From Chiloscyllium plagiosum (taxonomy: Eukaryota), in the NCBI RefSeq assembly GCF_004010195.1, contig NC_057719.1:30375853-30412067 (forward strand): a stretch of 36,215 nt of DNA, in the 5' to 3' direction. Below are positions 12,316-23,493 of the stretch, piece by piece (position 1 is the first letter of the stretch; every line of letters begins with the position of its first letter). A program made the translations under genes and the position numbers. A model generated the notes under the pieces. The model had not been told where the DNA came from. It ran no database searches and worked only from the letters and a program-made list of their open reading frames with translations.

Positions 12316-13263
12316 NNNNNNNNNNNNNNNNNNNNNNNNNNNNNNNNNNNNNNNNNNNNNNNNNNNNNNNNNNNNNNNNNNNNNNNNNNNNNNNNNNNNN
12401 NNNNNNNNNNNNNNNNNNNNNNNNNNNNNNNNNNNNNNNNNNNNNNNNNNNNNNNNNNNNNNNNNNNNNNNNNNNNNNNNNNNNNNNNNNNNNNNNNNNN
12501 NNNNNNNNNNNNNNNNNNNNNNNNNNNNNNNNNNNNNNNNNNNNNNNNNNNNNNNNNNNNNNNNNNNNNNNNNNNNNNNNNNNNNNNNNNNNNNNNNNNN
12601 NNNNNNNNNNNNNNNNNNNNNNNNNNNNNNNNNNNNNNNNNNNNNNNNNNNNNNNNNNNNNNNNNNNNNNNNNNNNNNNNNNNNNNNNNNNNNNNNNNNN
12701 NNNNNNNNNNNNNNNNNNNNNNNNNNNNNNNNNNNNNNNNNNNNNNNNNNNNNNNNNNNNNNNNNNNNNNNNNNNNNNNNNNNNNNNNNNNNNNNNNNNN
12801 NNNNNNNNNNNNNNNNNNNNNNNNNNNNNNNNNNNNNNNNNNNNNNNNNNNNNNNNNNNNNNNNNNNNNNNNNNNNNNNNNNNNNNNNNNNNNNNNNNNN
12901 NNNNNNNNNNNNNNNNNNNNNNNNNNNNNNNNNNNNNNNNNNNNNNNNNNNNNNNNNNNNNNNNNNNNNNNNNNNNNNNNNNNNNNNNNNNNNNNNNNNN
13001 NNNNNNNNNNNNNNNNNNNNNNNNNNNNNNNNNNNNNNNNNNNNNNNNNNNNNNNNNNNNNNNNNNNNNNNNNNNNNNNNNNNNNNNNNNNNNNNNNNNN
13101 NNNNNNNNNNNNNNNNNNNNNNNNNNNNNNNNNNNNNNNNNNNNNNNNNNNNNNNNNNNNNNNNNNNNNNNNNNNNNNNNNNNNNNNNNNNNNNNNNNNN
13201 NNNNNNNNNNNNNNNNNNNNNNNNNNNNNNNNNNNNNNNNNNNNNNNNNNNNNNNNNNNNNNN
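12316..13263. other. Assembly gap, 948 N
   Basis: Run of N inside one Penelope insertion whose TSD matches on both sides. Confidence 0.98.
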
Positions 13264-13954
13264 AAATCATCCGCCGACATTTCCGCCACCTCCAAACAGA
13301 CCCTACCACCAGGGATATATTTCCCTCCCCACCCCTTTCCGCCTTGCACAAAGACCATTCCCTCTGTGACTACCTGGTCAGGTCAATACCCTCCCAACAA
13401 CCCACCCTCCCGTCCTGGCACCTTCCCCTGCCACCTCAGGAATTGCAAAACTTATGCCCACACCTTCTCCCTCGCCTCCATCCAAGGCCCCAAAGGAGCC
13501 TTCCACATCCGAAGTTTTACCTGCACATCCACCAAGATCATTTATTGTATCCGTTGCTCCCGATGCAGTGTCCTCTACATTGGGGAGACTGGACGCATCT
13601 TCCACCTTGGAATACTTCAACCCCAAGGCATCAATGTGTACTTCACCAGTTTCCTCATTTCCCCTTCCCCCATCTCACTCCAGTTCCAAACTTCCAGCTC
13701 AGCACTGTCCCCATGACTTGTCCTACCTGCCTACCTTCCTTTCCACCTATCCACTCCACTCTCCTCTCTGACCTATCACCTTCAACCCCATCCCCATTCA
13801 CCCACTGTACTCTTTGCTGCCTTCCCCCACCCTCCTCTCTGACCTATCACCTCCATTCCCACCCCATTCACCTATTGTACTCAATGCAACTTTCTCCCCA
13901 CCCTCACCCTCCTCTCATTTATCTCTCCACCCTGCAGGCATTCTGCTTCTATTC

Positions 13955-13982
13955 CTGATGAAGGGCTTTTGCCCGAAACATC
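13955..13982 (+). ncRNA. Minimal hammerhead ribozyme core (Penelope terminal repeat, right arm)
   Basis: CTGATGA(13955-61)-A-GGGC-TTTT-GCCC-GAAA(13975-78)-CATC; G>A in the ACGT palindrome relative to the aaacgtc copy at 22581-22588. Confidence 0.7.
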
Positions 13983-14494
13983 AATTTTCCTGCTCTCGGT
14001 TGGTGCCTGAACTGCTGTGCTTTTCCAGCACCACTCTAATTTAGTTCCTGTCATATGGCATAACAATAAATAGAGATAGGAATTTAAGAATATTTTCAGG
14101 TTTCAATGAAGGAAATAGATGTACAATTGTTTGATAATTGTGAATCATTGATCTTAATTATACATGGTCATTTTATTTTGATTTACTCTTTCATACAGAA
14201 CCACACATGAAACAAATAGTTCCTCTAACTCTGTCAAAAGATGTACCACAAGCTACCTTATTACAGCACCACAGTCACGATCTAAATTTTAAAAAAAACC
14301 TTTTCACTGCACCATCACTCATCTCACATCTCAAAAATGTAAAGAACACAAAACTGCATCATATTTAACAGGAATTGTAAAACTTCTACAAAATAAGCAC
14401 TTATTTAGAGTGTAAAGAGAAGCATCATTACTACTACTCCCACCCCACCAATTAAGTGCAGATGAAGTTCATTTGAGCAAGTTGTCATTTATAT

Positions 14495-15421
14495 AAATAG
14501 GAGGTATCATTAGTAAATTTGCAGATGACATCAAAATTGATAGTGCAGTGGACAGAGAGTATAATGGAAGCTTGATCAAATGGGCAAACATTCCGAGGAG
14601 TGTCAGTTGGAGTTTAATTTAGTTAAGTGTGAGGTGTTGGCATTTTGGAAAGGCAAATCAGGACACAACTTATACACTTAATGGTAAGATCTTGGGGAGT
14701 GTTACTGAACAAAGAGACCTTGGGGTGTAGATTCATATAGTTCCTTGAAAGCAGAGTTGCAGGTAGACAAGGTAGTGCAGGTGGTATTTGGTATGCCTGC
14801 CTTTATTGGTCAGTGCACTGACTATAAGAGTTGGGAGGTCAAATGATGGCTGGAGAGGACATTTATTAGGCCATGTTTGGAATTCTGCATTCAATTCTGG
14901 TCTCCCTGCTATAGAAAGAATGTTGTGAAACTTGAAAGAGTTCAGAAAAGATTTACAAGGATGTTGCCAGGGCTGGAGGGTTTGACCTATAGGAAGAGGC
15001 TGAATAGACTGGGGTTAGTTTCCCTGGAGCATCGAAGATTGAGGGGTGACCTTATAGAAGTTTATGAAATCATGTGGGGCATGGATAGGATGAATATCCA
15101 AGGTCTTTTCCCCAGGATAGGGGAGTCCAAAACTAGAGGGCATAAGTTTAAGGTGAGAGGTGAAAGATTTAAAAGGGACCTAAGGGACAACATTTTCATG
15201 CAGATGGTGTTGCATGTATGGAATGAGCTGCCAGAGGTGGTGGAGGAGGAGGGTACAATTACAACATTTTAAAGGCATCCAGATGGGCATATGAATAGGA
15301 AGGATTTATAGGAATAGAAAATGCTGGCAAATGGAACTAGATTAATTTAGAATATCTGGTCACCGTGGACAAGTTGGACCGAAGGGTCTGTTACATGCTG
15401 TACATCTTTATGATTCTATGA
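14495..15421 (+). mobile_element. CR1 (HER1-like) LINE, 5'-truncated
   Basis: ISKFADDIKI RT motif at ~14507-14540; ORF 14877-15272 EFCIQFWSPCYRK...LERVQKRFTRMLPGL...RRLRGDLIEVY...TRGHKFK...WNELP; 3' tail ggaccgaagggtctgtt...tgattctatga. Confidence 0.92.
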
Positions 15422-16500
15422 AAAATGACCCTTAAGAAATGCCAAAGAAATTAAAAATGCAAAGATTCTTTATGTAATTTTAGTTGCTCTGTGAAACTAT
15501 TAAATGACAGGAGTACAAACTACATGCATTCTTGTTTTAAAATACTTACTTTGACAATACATGAGAAATGGATATTTTACAAATTATAATAATGTTTGAA
15601 TTGTTTTTCAATAATGTAGAGTGACACCAAGTGGAAAGTATAGATTATTGCATCTCATGATGAATGGAATTCAACTTTACAGAAGGATTGAATTAAAAGA
15701 TGCTGCTGGTTATGACATTTAACGAATAATCGTATACAGTTATTTTATTGTACATGCAAATAGTGTGTTGCATAATTTAATTACTATCAAGATTTTGTGT
15801 GACACTACTTCATAAGTATCCCACATAAACCAGAAAGATAAAAAGGAAACATAAACCAGAAATATACTTGTAACAAAATGCACAAATACAATTAACAAGA
15901 TCTTGGTAGGAAAGTATCCAGTTTCGCCTGGAAACCAGGTCATTCACTGAACAATATGTTCTTTTTTGATTAAATAGGATGAAGGAAATATGTTAAACTG
16001 TTTCAACTTTATTAAAACCTCACTATTTACTTATCCAATGAAAATCTGGCATTCAAAAATAATGCTAGCCCTTGTTTAATACATTTTTGAATTAGCATTT
16101 ATCCATTCAAACAATAAAAAATTTCAAATTCAGTTTAGCTTTGTGTTTTACATGTATGATTAATAAGAAAATAACTTGATTTGGTGTAGGGAGTGTTGTA
16201 ACAAAGGAATTGATCATATTGGACGATTTATGTCGAGTGTTAAATACAATTTGTTTTTAAAGTGAACTCAAGATTTCTAACTAATGTGTGCGCCTCAAGA
16301 CTGTGGCCAAATGACTACAGATTAATACATGATTGCACTTCAATCCAAACATCCCATTTCTTGTACCAAAGAAAAATATGCAAGTACCCAAAATATTATG
16401 TACACAACTATTCTACTACCAGAGCTTTGGTATTCCCTTCAGTCTGTGTGCGCATTGCACAGTCCCTAAATCATTGCTAGTCTCTTAAATGGTACATGCC

Positions 16501-16624
16501 TGTTATTGGACAAATTGACCGGGGACTCATTAAACAGGTTAGACAACTGTTTATTTAATGATCACATAGGAGAGCTGGTCTCATCACTGTGAGGTGTAAA
16601 ACCAACATTGCTGGGTTATAGACA
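16501..16624 (-). repeat. Candidate 3' LTR of the Gypsy element
   Basis: On the minus strand it begins TGT immediately after a purine tract (aaagcaaggaga, 16625-16636), contains AATAAA (16550-16555) and ends ...aataACA at 16501. No 5' LTR found in the window. Confidence 0.55.
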
Positions 16625-17161
16625 TCTCCTTGCTTTATATGAAGTATAAGAATTGTAATACAATATGCAATGTTTCAGCTGTGTTCTCCACAGTTTAGAC
16701 AGGTATTGTCTGTGTTTCATCCAAGGCCATGCTATCTTACTGATTGTATGGCTCCTGCATTCTAACCTGCCTTAGTAGAGTTGTTGTTCCCATTTAGTTT
16801 TACTATTAAAATTTAACCCTTAACTAGCTGAAACTGATACCATTTTTTTATTCCTATATTGCTATTGGAAGTTCATTTTGTTTCCCTAGGGATTATTGAT
16901 CTTGTATCTTTTGTTGTTGCTCCCATTTCTGTTGGATTGCTGTGGACCTTAGGATCAAATGGTTAACATGTGACCTTGAAGATGGTGCATTCACGTCTTC
17001 CTGATCAACCATATACACTTGAAAAGCAGCTTCTCCAACTGGACGTGTAGTTGCAGTCACTTCCACTGTGTACAACTGAAATAACTTTACCACTTGATCT
17101 GGCTTTTGTTTAAATCACTGAAGGTTTGTATCCTGATTGTCAGAGATAAGCATTGGAGAGG

Positions 17162-20100
17162 CAAAGAACAAAGAAAGTTACAGCACAGGAACAGGCCTTT
17201 CAGGCCTCCAAGCCTGCACCGATCCTGATCCTCTATCTAAATCTGTTGCCTATTTTCTAAAGCTATGTATCCATCTGCTCCCTGCCCTTTCACGTATCTG
17301 TCTAGATACATCTTAAATGATGTTATCATGCCCACCTCTACCATCTCTGCTGGCAATGCGTTCCAGGCACCCAACACCCACTGCGTAAAGAATTTTCCAT
17401 GTGTATCTTCCTTAAACTTTGCCCCTCTCACCTTGAACTCATGACCCCTAGTAATTGAGTCCCCCACTCTTGGAAAAAAGCTTCTTCGTCTCCACCCTGT
17501 CTATACCTCTCATGATTTTGTAGACCTCAGTCAGATTTCCCCCTCAACCTTCATCTTTCTAATGAAAATACTTCTAATCTACTCAACCTCACTTCATAGC
17601 TAGCGCCCTCCATACCTGGCAATATCCTGGTGAACCTCCTCTGCGCCTTCTCCAAAGCATCCACATCCTTTTGGTAATGTAATGACCAGAACTGTATGCA
17701 GTATTCCAAATGTGACCAAACCAAAGTCGTATACTAATGTAACATGACTTGCCAACTCTTGTACTCATTACCCCGTGCAATGAAGCATGGCATATACCTT
17801 CTTGACCACTCTATCGAACAGTGTTGCCACCTTCAGGGTACAATGGACCTGAACACCCAGATCTTTCTGTACATCAATTTTTTCCAGAACCTTTCCATTT
17901 ACCATATAGTTCGCTCTAGAATTGGATCTTCCAAAATACATCACCTTGCATTTTCCTGGATTGAATTCCATCTGTCATTTCTCTGCCCAACTCTCCCATC
18001 TATCTATATTCTGCTGCACTATCTGACAGTACCCTTCACTATCTGCTACTCCACCAATCTTAGCATCATCTGCAAACTTGCTAATCAGACCACTTATACC
18101 TTCCTCCAGATCATTTATGTTTATCACAAACAACAGAGGTTCCAACACAGATGCCTGTGGATCACCACTGGTCACAATTCTCCATTTTGAGAAACTCCCT
18201 TCCACTACTACACTCTGTCTCCTGCAGCCCAACCAGTAGTCTATCCATCTAGCTAGTACACCCTGGACTCCATGTGACTGCACTTTTCCATCAGCCTAAC
18301 ATGGGGAACCTTATCAAATGCCATACTCAGTCCATGTACATGACATCTACAGCCCATCCCTCATCAATCAAACTTTGTAACTTCCTCGAAGAATTCTACC
18401 GTTGGTAAGACACCATCTTCCGTGCACAAAACTGATCACTGATAAGCCCAATTTCTTCCAAATGTGGATAGATTCTATCCCTTAGTATGTTCTCTAGCAG
18501 CTTCCCTACCACTGTTGTCAGGCTCACTTGTCTATAATTACCTGGATCATTCCTACCACCCTTCTTAAACAAGGGGACAATATTAGCAATTCTGCAGTCC
18601 TCTGGGACCTCACCCATGTTCAAGGATGCTGCAAAGATATCTGTTAAAACCCCAGCTATTTCCTCTCTCACTTTACTCAGTAACCCAGGATAGATCCCAT
18701 CCAGACCTGGGGACTTGTCCATCTTAATGTATTTTAGAATACCCAACACCTCCTCCCTCCTCTTTCTAACTTGACCTAGAGTAATCAAACATCTATCCCT
18801 AACCTTAACATATGTCATGTCCCTCTCCTCAGAGACTACTGATGCAAAGTACTCATTAAGAATCTCAACCATTTTCTCTTACTCCACACATAACTTTCCT
18901 CCTTTGTCCTTGAGTGGGCCAACCCTTTCTCTAGTTACCTCCAGCTCCTTATATATGAATAAAAGGCTTTGGGATTTTCCTTAGCCCTGTTTGCTAAAGA
19001 TATTTCATGACCCCTTTTAGCCCTCTTAATTCCTCATTTCAGATTGGTCCTACTTCTTGAATATTCTTCCAAAGCTTTGTCTGTTTTCAGTTGCCTAGAC
19101 CTTAGGTATACTTCCTTTTTTATCTTAACTAGTCTCACAATTTCACCCGTCATCTATGGTTCCCTAATCTTGCTATTTCTATCCCTCATTTTCACAGAGA
19201 CATGTCTGTCCTTCACTCGAAATCAACCTCTCTTTAAAAGCCTCCCAACATATCAAATGTGGATTTACCTTCAAAGAGCTGCTCCCAATTCACACTCACT
19301 AGCTCCTGTCAAATATTGCTATAGTTGGCCTTCCCTCAATTTAGGACCACTCTCATCTTTGTCCATGAATATTCTAAAATGTACAAAATTGTGGTCACTA
19401 TTCCCAAAGTAATCCCCTACCGAAACTTCAACCACCTTGCTGGGCTCACTCCCTATCACCAGGCCCAGTATGGCCCCTTCCCGAGTTGGACTATTTATAT
19501 ACTGCTCTGGGATATTTAGTTGCCAATCATGCCCTTCCCTCAACCAAGTCTCATACATCATATTTGTAGTACTAATCTAAGCCCTGAGATCACCTGCTTT
19601 ACCTACACTTCTCACATTAATACCAATGCGCCTCAGATGACCTGTCCTTTGCATTCGTCTGCCTACTCTTCCCTTTAGTCACGCTGATTTTATTATCTAG
19701 TTCCTTACAGGCTTTCGTTCCTACCTCCTTGCAGTCCACTAACCTCATTTGGTATCCATCCCCCTGCCACATTAGTATAAACCCTCCCCAACAGCATTAG
19801 CAAAAGCAACCCCAGGACATTGGTTCCAGTGCAGCCCAGATATATACCATCCAATTTGTAATATTCCCACCTCCCCCAGAACTGGTCCCAATGACCCAAA
19901 ACTCTGAACCCCTCCCTCCTGCACCATCTCTCAAGCCACATATTCATTCTGTCTATTTTGTCATTTCTTCTCTGACTAGCACGTGGCACTGGTGGCAATC
20001 TGAGATTACTACCTCGGAGGTCCTACTTTTTAACTTGGCTCCTAACTCACTAAATTCTGCCTGTAGGACCTCATCATGTTTATTACCTATATCATTGGTA

Positions 20101-20556
20101 CCTATATGCACCACAACAACTCTCCATTCACCTTCCCCCTTTAGAATATTCTGCAGCCAATCTGAGACATCCCTGACCCATGCACCTGGGAGGCAACATA
20201 CCATTCTGGAGTCTCATTTTCAACCACAGAACTATCTACTCCCCTTACAATGGAATTCCCTAGGACTATAGCCCTTTCACTCTTTTTTCTACCCTTGTAT
20301 ACAGCAGAGTCAGCCACAGTGCCATGAATCTGGCTACTGCTGCCTTCCCCTGGTGTGTCATCTCCACCAACAATATCCAAAACAGTATACCTGTTTTGGA
20401 GGGAGATGACTACAAAGGACACCTGCACTGCTTTCCTGCTCTTTCTCTGCCTTTTGTTCACCCAATCCCTTTCTCCCTCAGCAATCCTAATCTGCTGTGT
20501 AACCAATTCATGAAACATGCTATCCATGACCTCCTCAGCATCACAGATGCTCCAAA
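17162..20556 (-). mobile_element. CR1 LINE with esterase (SGNH/GDSL) ORF1 and internally deleted ORF2, inserted in the Gypsy integrase
   Basis: ORF1 AIVLGNSIVRGVD / CCLPGAWVRD / VVVHIGTNDIG (19705-20527). APE remnants ETWL, PTREGAILGLV, GNSDHN (19319-19561). RT KSPGLDGIYP, DPGNYRQVSLT, ISKFADDAKIGG, MEFNPGKCKVMYFG (17589-18872). 3' tail with ttctttg repeats at 17162-17175. Confidence 0.93.
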
Positions 20557-21292
20557 GTCAATGGCTAAATCACGTCAAATGAAATTTGGCTTTCTGCCAT
20601 TTCAATTCCAATTTTGTCACACATACCTGTTACTACTTCTGGTTTCAATAGATTATTTTGGCTACTGGAGGAATAGTTTGTGGATGCTGTGATGTTAGTG
20701 TTGATACTGAAGTAATTTCCATACCTTCTGTAAGTATATTTCTTCACTTGAGGAATGCATTATATACAAGTGTGCGACTTGCTCAATTTTTTAATGATTC
20801 CTTTGGCAATTTTGATTACCACCTCATGTTTTCCAATTGACTGGGGATAGTGTAGAGATGCTATGTAGTGTCAAATTTCCCAATCATTTATAATGACCTC
20901 ACTGAAGTTGACTGGCCCACCTTCCAGTAGTCAGAATAGTAGTCTTTTGTGACAAGATAATCAGTTCCTGAAAACATAACCATGATTTGTCTGGGATACT
21001 ATATGTCATTAGAGGCTTTCCAGCTTGCTTACCTTGGTACTCTTATTTTAAAACCATACTAACTGCTGTGGTCCTTGATTTTGTTACTCATTTGTCCAGT
21101 AGAGCAAGTCTTTACTTCCTCAGTCTTGACTAAATTCACTGGTGGCTCGTACATTCACACTTTAGCATCTCTTTTCTCAATTTCTTTGGGATACTGACTA
21201 TGTCCTCTACATGATAGGCTGTCTTGGGCTGTCAATTAGTGCTTGATGCCATTCCTCTTATATAGTGACAAATTTATTATCAATGCTCTCAG

Positions 21293-22055
21293 CAGAAGAG
21301 GAAAAACAGCTAATGCTCCATTTAGGCACACTACAGGCTCAAAATCTCAACACGAAATTCAGTAACTTCAGGAACTGACCAGTTTATGTCTATCCTCAGT
21401 TTTTCTCACATTCTCATCCCCCTCAACCCATCAGTGTCATGTTTGCACATTATGTACTTTACATTTTGTAACAAGAATTAATTTTCTCCATTTCACATCA
21501 TAGTGGGCGGCACGGTGGCACAGTGGTTAGCACTGCTGCCTCACAGCGCCAGAGACCCGGGTTCAATACCTGCCTCAGGCGACTGACTGTGTGGAGTTTG
21601 CACGTTCTCCCCGTGTCTGCGTGGGTTTCCTCTGGGTGCTCCGGTTTCCTCCCACAGTCCAAAGATGTGCAGGTCAGGTGAATTGGCCATGCTAAATTGC
21701 CCGTAGTGTTAGGTAAGGGGTAAATGTAAATGTAGGGGTAGGGGTATGGGTGGGTTGCGCTTCGGCGGGGCGGTGTGGACTTGTTGGGCCGAAGGGCCTG
21801 TTTCCACATTGTAAGTAATCTAATCTAATCTAGTTGATACCCTTTTTAATATTTATTTTCCTTTCGCCACTATTAATACCTTTCTTTTTTCACTGGGCCC
21901 CTATACCATCTACCCTCTTAGTCCTCCTTTGCCAAAATTAGTTTTATTTTTCTACTTTCTAATAATCTTTGCTTTTGAAGTCATTCTAGACTTGAAATAT
22001 TAACTGTTTCCCTATCCACAGACGCTATCAGACCTGCTGAGTTGCTACAGCATTG
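21293..22055 (+). mobile_element. Penelope-like 3' fragment (GIY-YIG C-terminus + terminal repeat) inserted in Gypsy pol
   Basis: EKQLMLHLGTLQAQNLNTKFSNF (compare IFHLGILQPQGINVYFTSF at ~13600). Decayed terminal repeat tgaagtcattctagacttgaaatattaac...cagacctgctgag at 21976-22041. 16-bp TSD ttatcaatgctctcag (21277-21292) / ttattgacactctcag (22056-22071). Confidence 0.7.
21505..21832 (+). mobile_element. HE1-type tRNA-derived V-SINE, full length and young
   Basis: Pol III A box tggcacagtgg (21516-21526) and B box ggttcaatacc (21560-21570); V-domain ctgtgtggagtttgcacgttctccccgtgtctgcgtgggtttcctc...ccggtttcctcccacagtccaaaga; CR1-like tail gggccgaagggcctgtttcc and (taatc)3 end; CpGs retained. Confidence 0.92.
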
Positions 22056-22508
22056 TTATTGACACTCTCAGACCTTCCTCATTGCTACTTCTTACAAACT
22101 TAGAGATTTGCATTTTGTTGGATAGTTAGATTAATGAGTTAGATGCTTGTCTTATATTCAATGTTTCTGCTGCATTGATGATTTTCAGACCATGATGAGC
22201 TGTTGCTTTACATTATGAAATTTTTGAGATTTTACTCTGTTGAAGCAGTCTGTATTTTCTTTATTGACAGGGCTGCAATGTACAAGTGCTTCCCTTGCTT
22301 ACACCATATCCAGATGGTATCTCTGTGATCAGAATAAATTCTTTGAAGTTGCTTTGGAGCAGATAGTAGGAGCATGAGGAAAATGCTTTCTATTGGCTTG
22401 TGGGACTTTGTGCCTTCCAAGTAGGTATGGAAGGAAATGCTCACAAGCAGACAATGGCCAGACACGCTTTCTCAATTTGAGCATATTGTCACGCTGTTTA
22501 TGTTATTG

Positions 22509-22653
22509 GGAGTAAGTGAGGACTACAAATGGAGATTAGAGTCGAGCCCTTCATTAGGAATGAATGAGGACTTATGCCCAAAACGTCGATTCTTCTGCTC
22601 CTTGGATGCTGCCTGACCTGCTGTGCTTTTCCAGCAACACACTCTCGCCACCA
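22509..22653. mobile_element. ORF-less Penelope terminal-repeat mini-insertion with perfect 12-bp TSD
   Basis: TSD tttatgttattg at 22497-22508 and 22654-22665. The interior is a truncated inverted arm (gcccttcattaggaat) joined to a forward arm (gcccaaaacgtcgatt...ctgctgtgcttttccagca) homologous to 13955-14036. Confidence 0.8.
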
Positions 22654-22959
22654 TTTATGTTATTGCCCTGGATGCAAATGTAACTGTCTGTCTTTGCTAC
22701 AATAAGGCTGCTCCAAGTCCTGTTTCATTGGCACCACACAGCAGAGTGACTTCATGGTTTACATCACAGCATTTCAACACTGGTGTAGCTGTCACAAGAT
22801 CATTTTAGTGAACACTGCTTCTAGTTCTGTGCCCCAAAACCACTGTAAATCTTCGACAGAGAAGTTGGTGTAATGGCTCATGCTCTGGCAATAAATTAGA
22901 CAAAGATGCTACAAAGCAGCTGTCAAATCTAGCAAAACATTGCACTGCTTTCACATCTA

Positions 22960-23493
22960 CAGTCAGTTCTGCTATAACACGGTAGTTCCGTTCTCGTACA
23001 ATCCTATATTATAAGAAAATCATGTAATAGTAGCACCATTTAAACTAATGGGGCCGGAATCATGTTATAATAGAACATAGAAAAGTACAGCACAGAACAG
23101 GCCCTGAGGCCCACGATGTTGTGCCGAGACTTAATCCTAACGTAAAATATAGTAACTTAACCGACAACACCCCTCAACTCACTACTATCCATGTGCATGT
23201 CCAGCAGTCGCTTAAATGCCCCAATGACTTCACTTCCACCACCTCAGCTGGCAACGCATTCCATGCGTAAAGAACCTACCCTCTGATGTCTCCTTTATAC
23301 CTTCCTCCTAATATCTTCAAACTATGGACTTCTCGTACCAGTCAATCTGCCCTGGGGAAAAGTCTCTGGCCGTTGACTCTATCTTTTCCCCTCATTATAA
23401 CCAGATCACACTTTAGAAACAATGCCCCTAATTTGCCAATTGCATTATAGTGAATTTGCATTAACAAAATGGGTGTAATAGCAGAACGGCCTG
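22960..23493. mobile_element. pogo/Tigger-like MITE with TA TSD, inserted in Gypsy pol
   Basis: TA|cagtcagttctgctataacac ... gtgtaatagcagaacggcctg|TA (21-bp TIR, 3 mismatches). Removing it restores the Gypsy sequence ...PV|DVKAVQ. Confidence 0.85.
23071..23394 (-). mobile_element. CR1 3'-end fragment nested in the MITE
   Basis: Minus-strand RGKDRVNGQRLFPRAD, tggaatgcgttgccagctgaggtggtgg, and a tail ending (ctatgtt)-like repeats; flanked by ttataa at 23065-23070 and 23395-23400. Confidence 0.85.

Larger units (their letters stand above)
12130..14042 (+). mobile_element. Penelope-like element (Neptune-type GIY-YIG) with inverted terminal repeats and 14-bp TSD, spanning gap 2
   Basis: 13264-13660 encodes PGTFPCHLRNCKTY...FTCTSTKIIYCIRCSRCSVLYIGETG (Cys-rich linker + GIY-YIG). 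12172-12315 is inverted against 13897-14040. TSD agttcctgtcatat at 12116-12129 and 14043-14056. Confidence 0.9.

Noticed and set aside
12173..13958. Four long ORFs (367-550 aa)
   Set aside because: They are open only because of the N gap; the real residues are Penelope repeat sequence.
14170..14370. Strong-looking + strand splice acceptor (ctctttcatacag) with a short open frame; possible SPATA7 exon
   Set aside because: No frame resembles SPATA7 or any protein I recognise.
15940..15950. tcattcactga, identical to the ZC3H14 last-exon acceptor + GAA TGA
   Set aside because: An 11-bp match with a weak pyrimidine tract, lying upstream of the exons it would have to follow; chance.
21505..21575. 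tRNA gene
   Set aside because: The A/B boxes belong to the SINE head, which continues into the V-domain and LINE tail with no terminator.
21498..21809. 103-aa minus-strand ORF (LDCGRKPEHPEETHADTGRTCKLHT)
   Set aside because: Antisense translation of the V-SINE, a common spurious protein.
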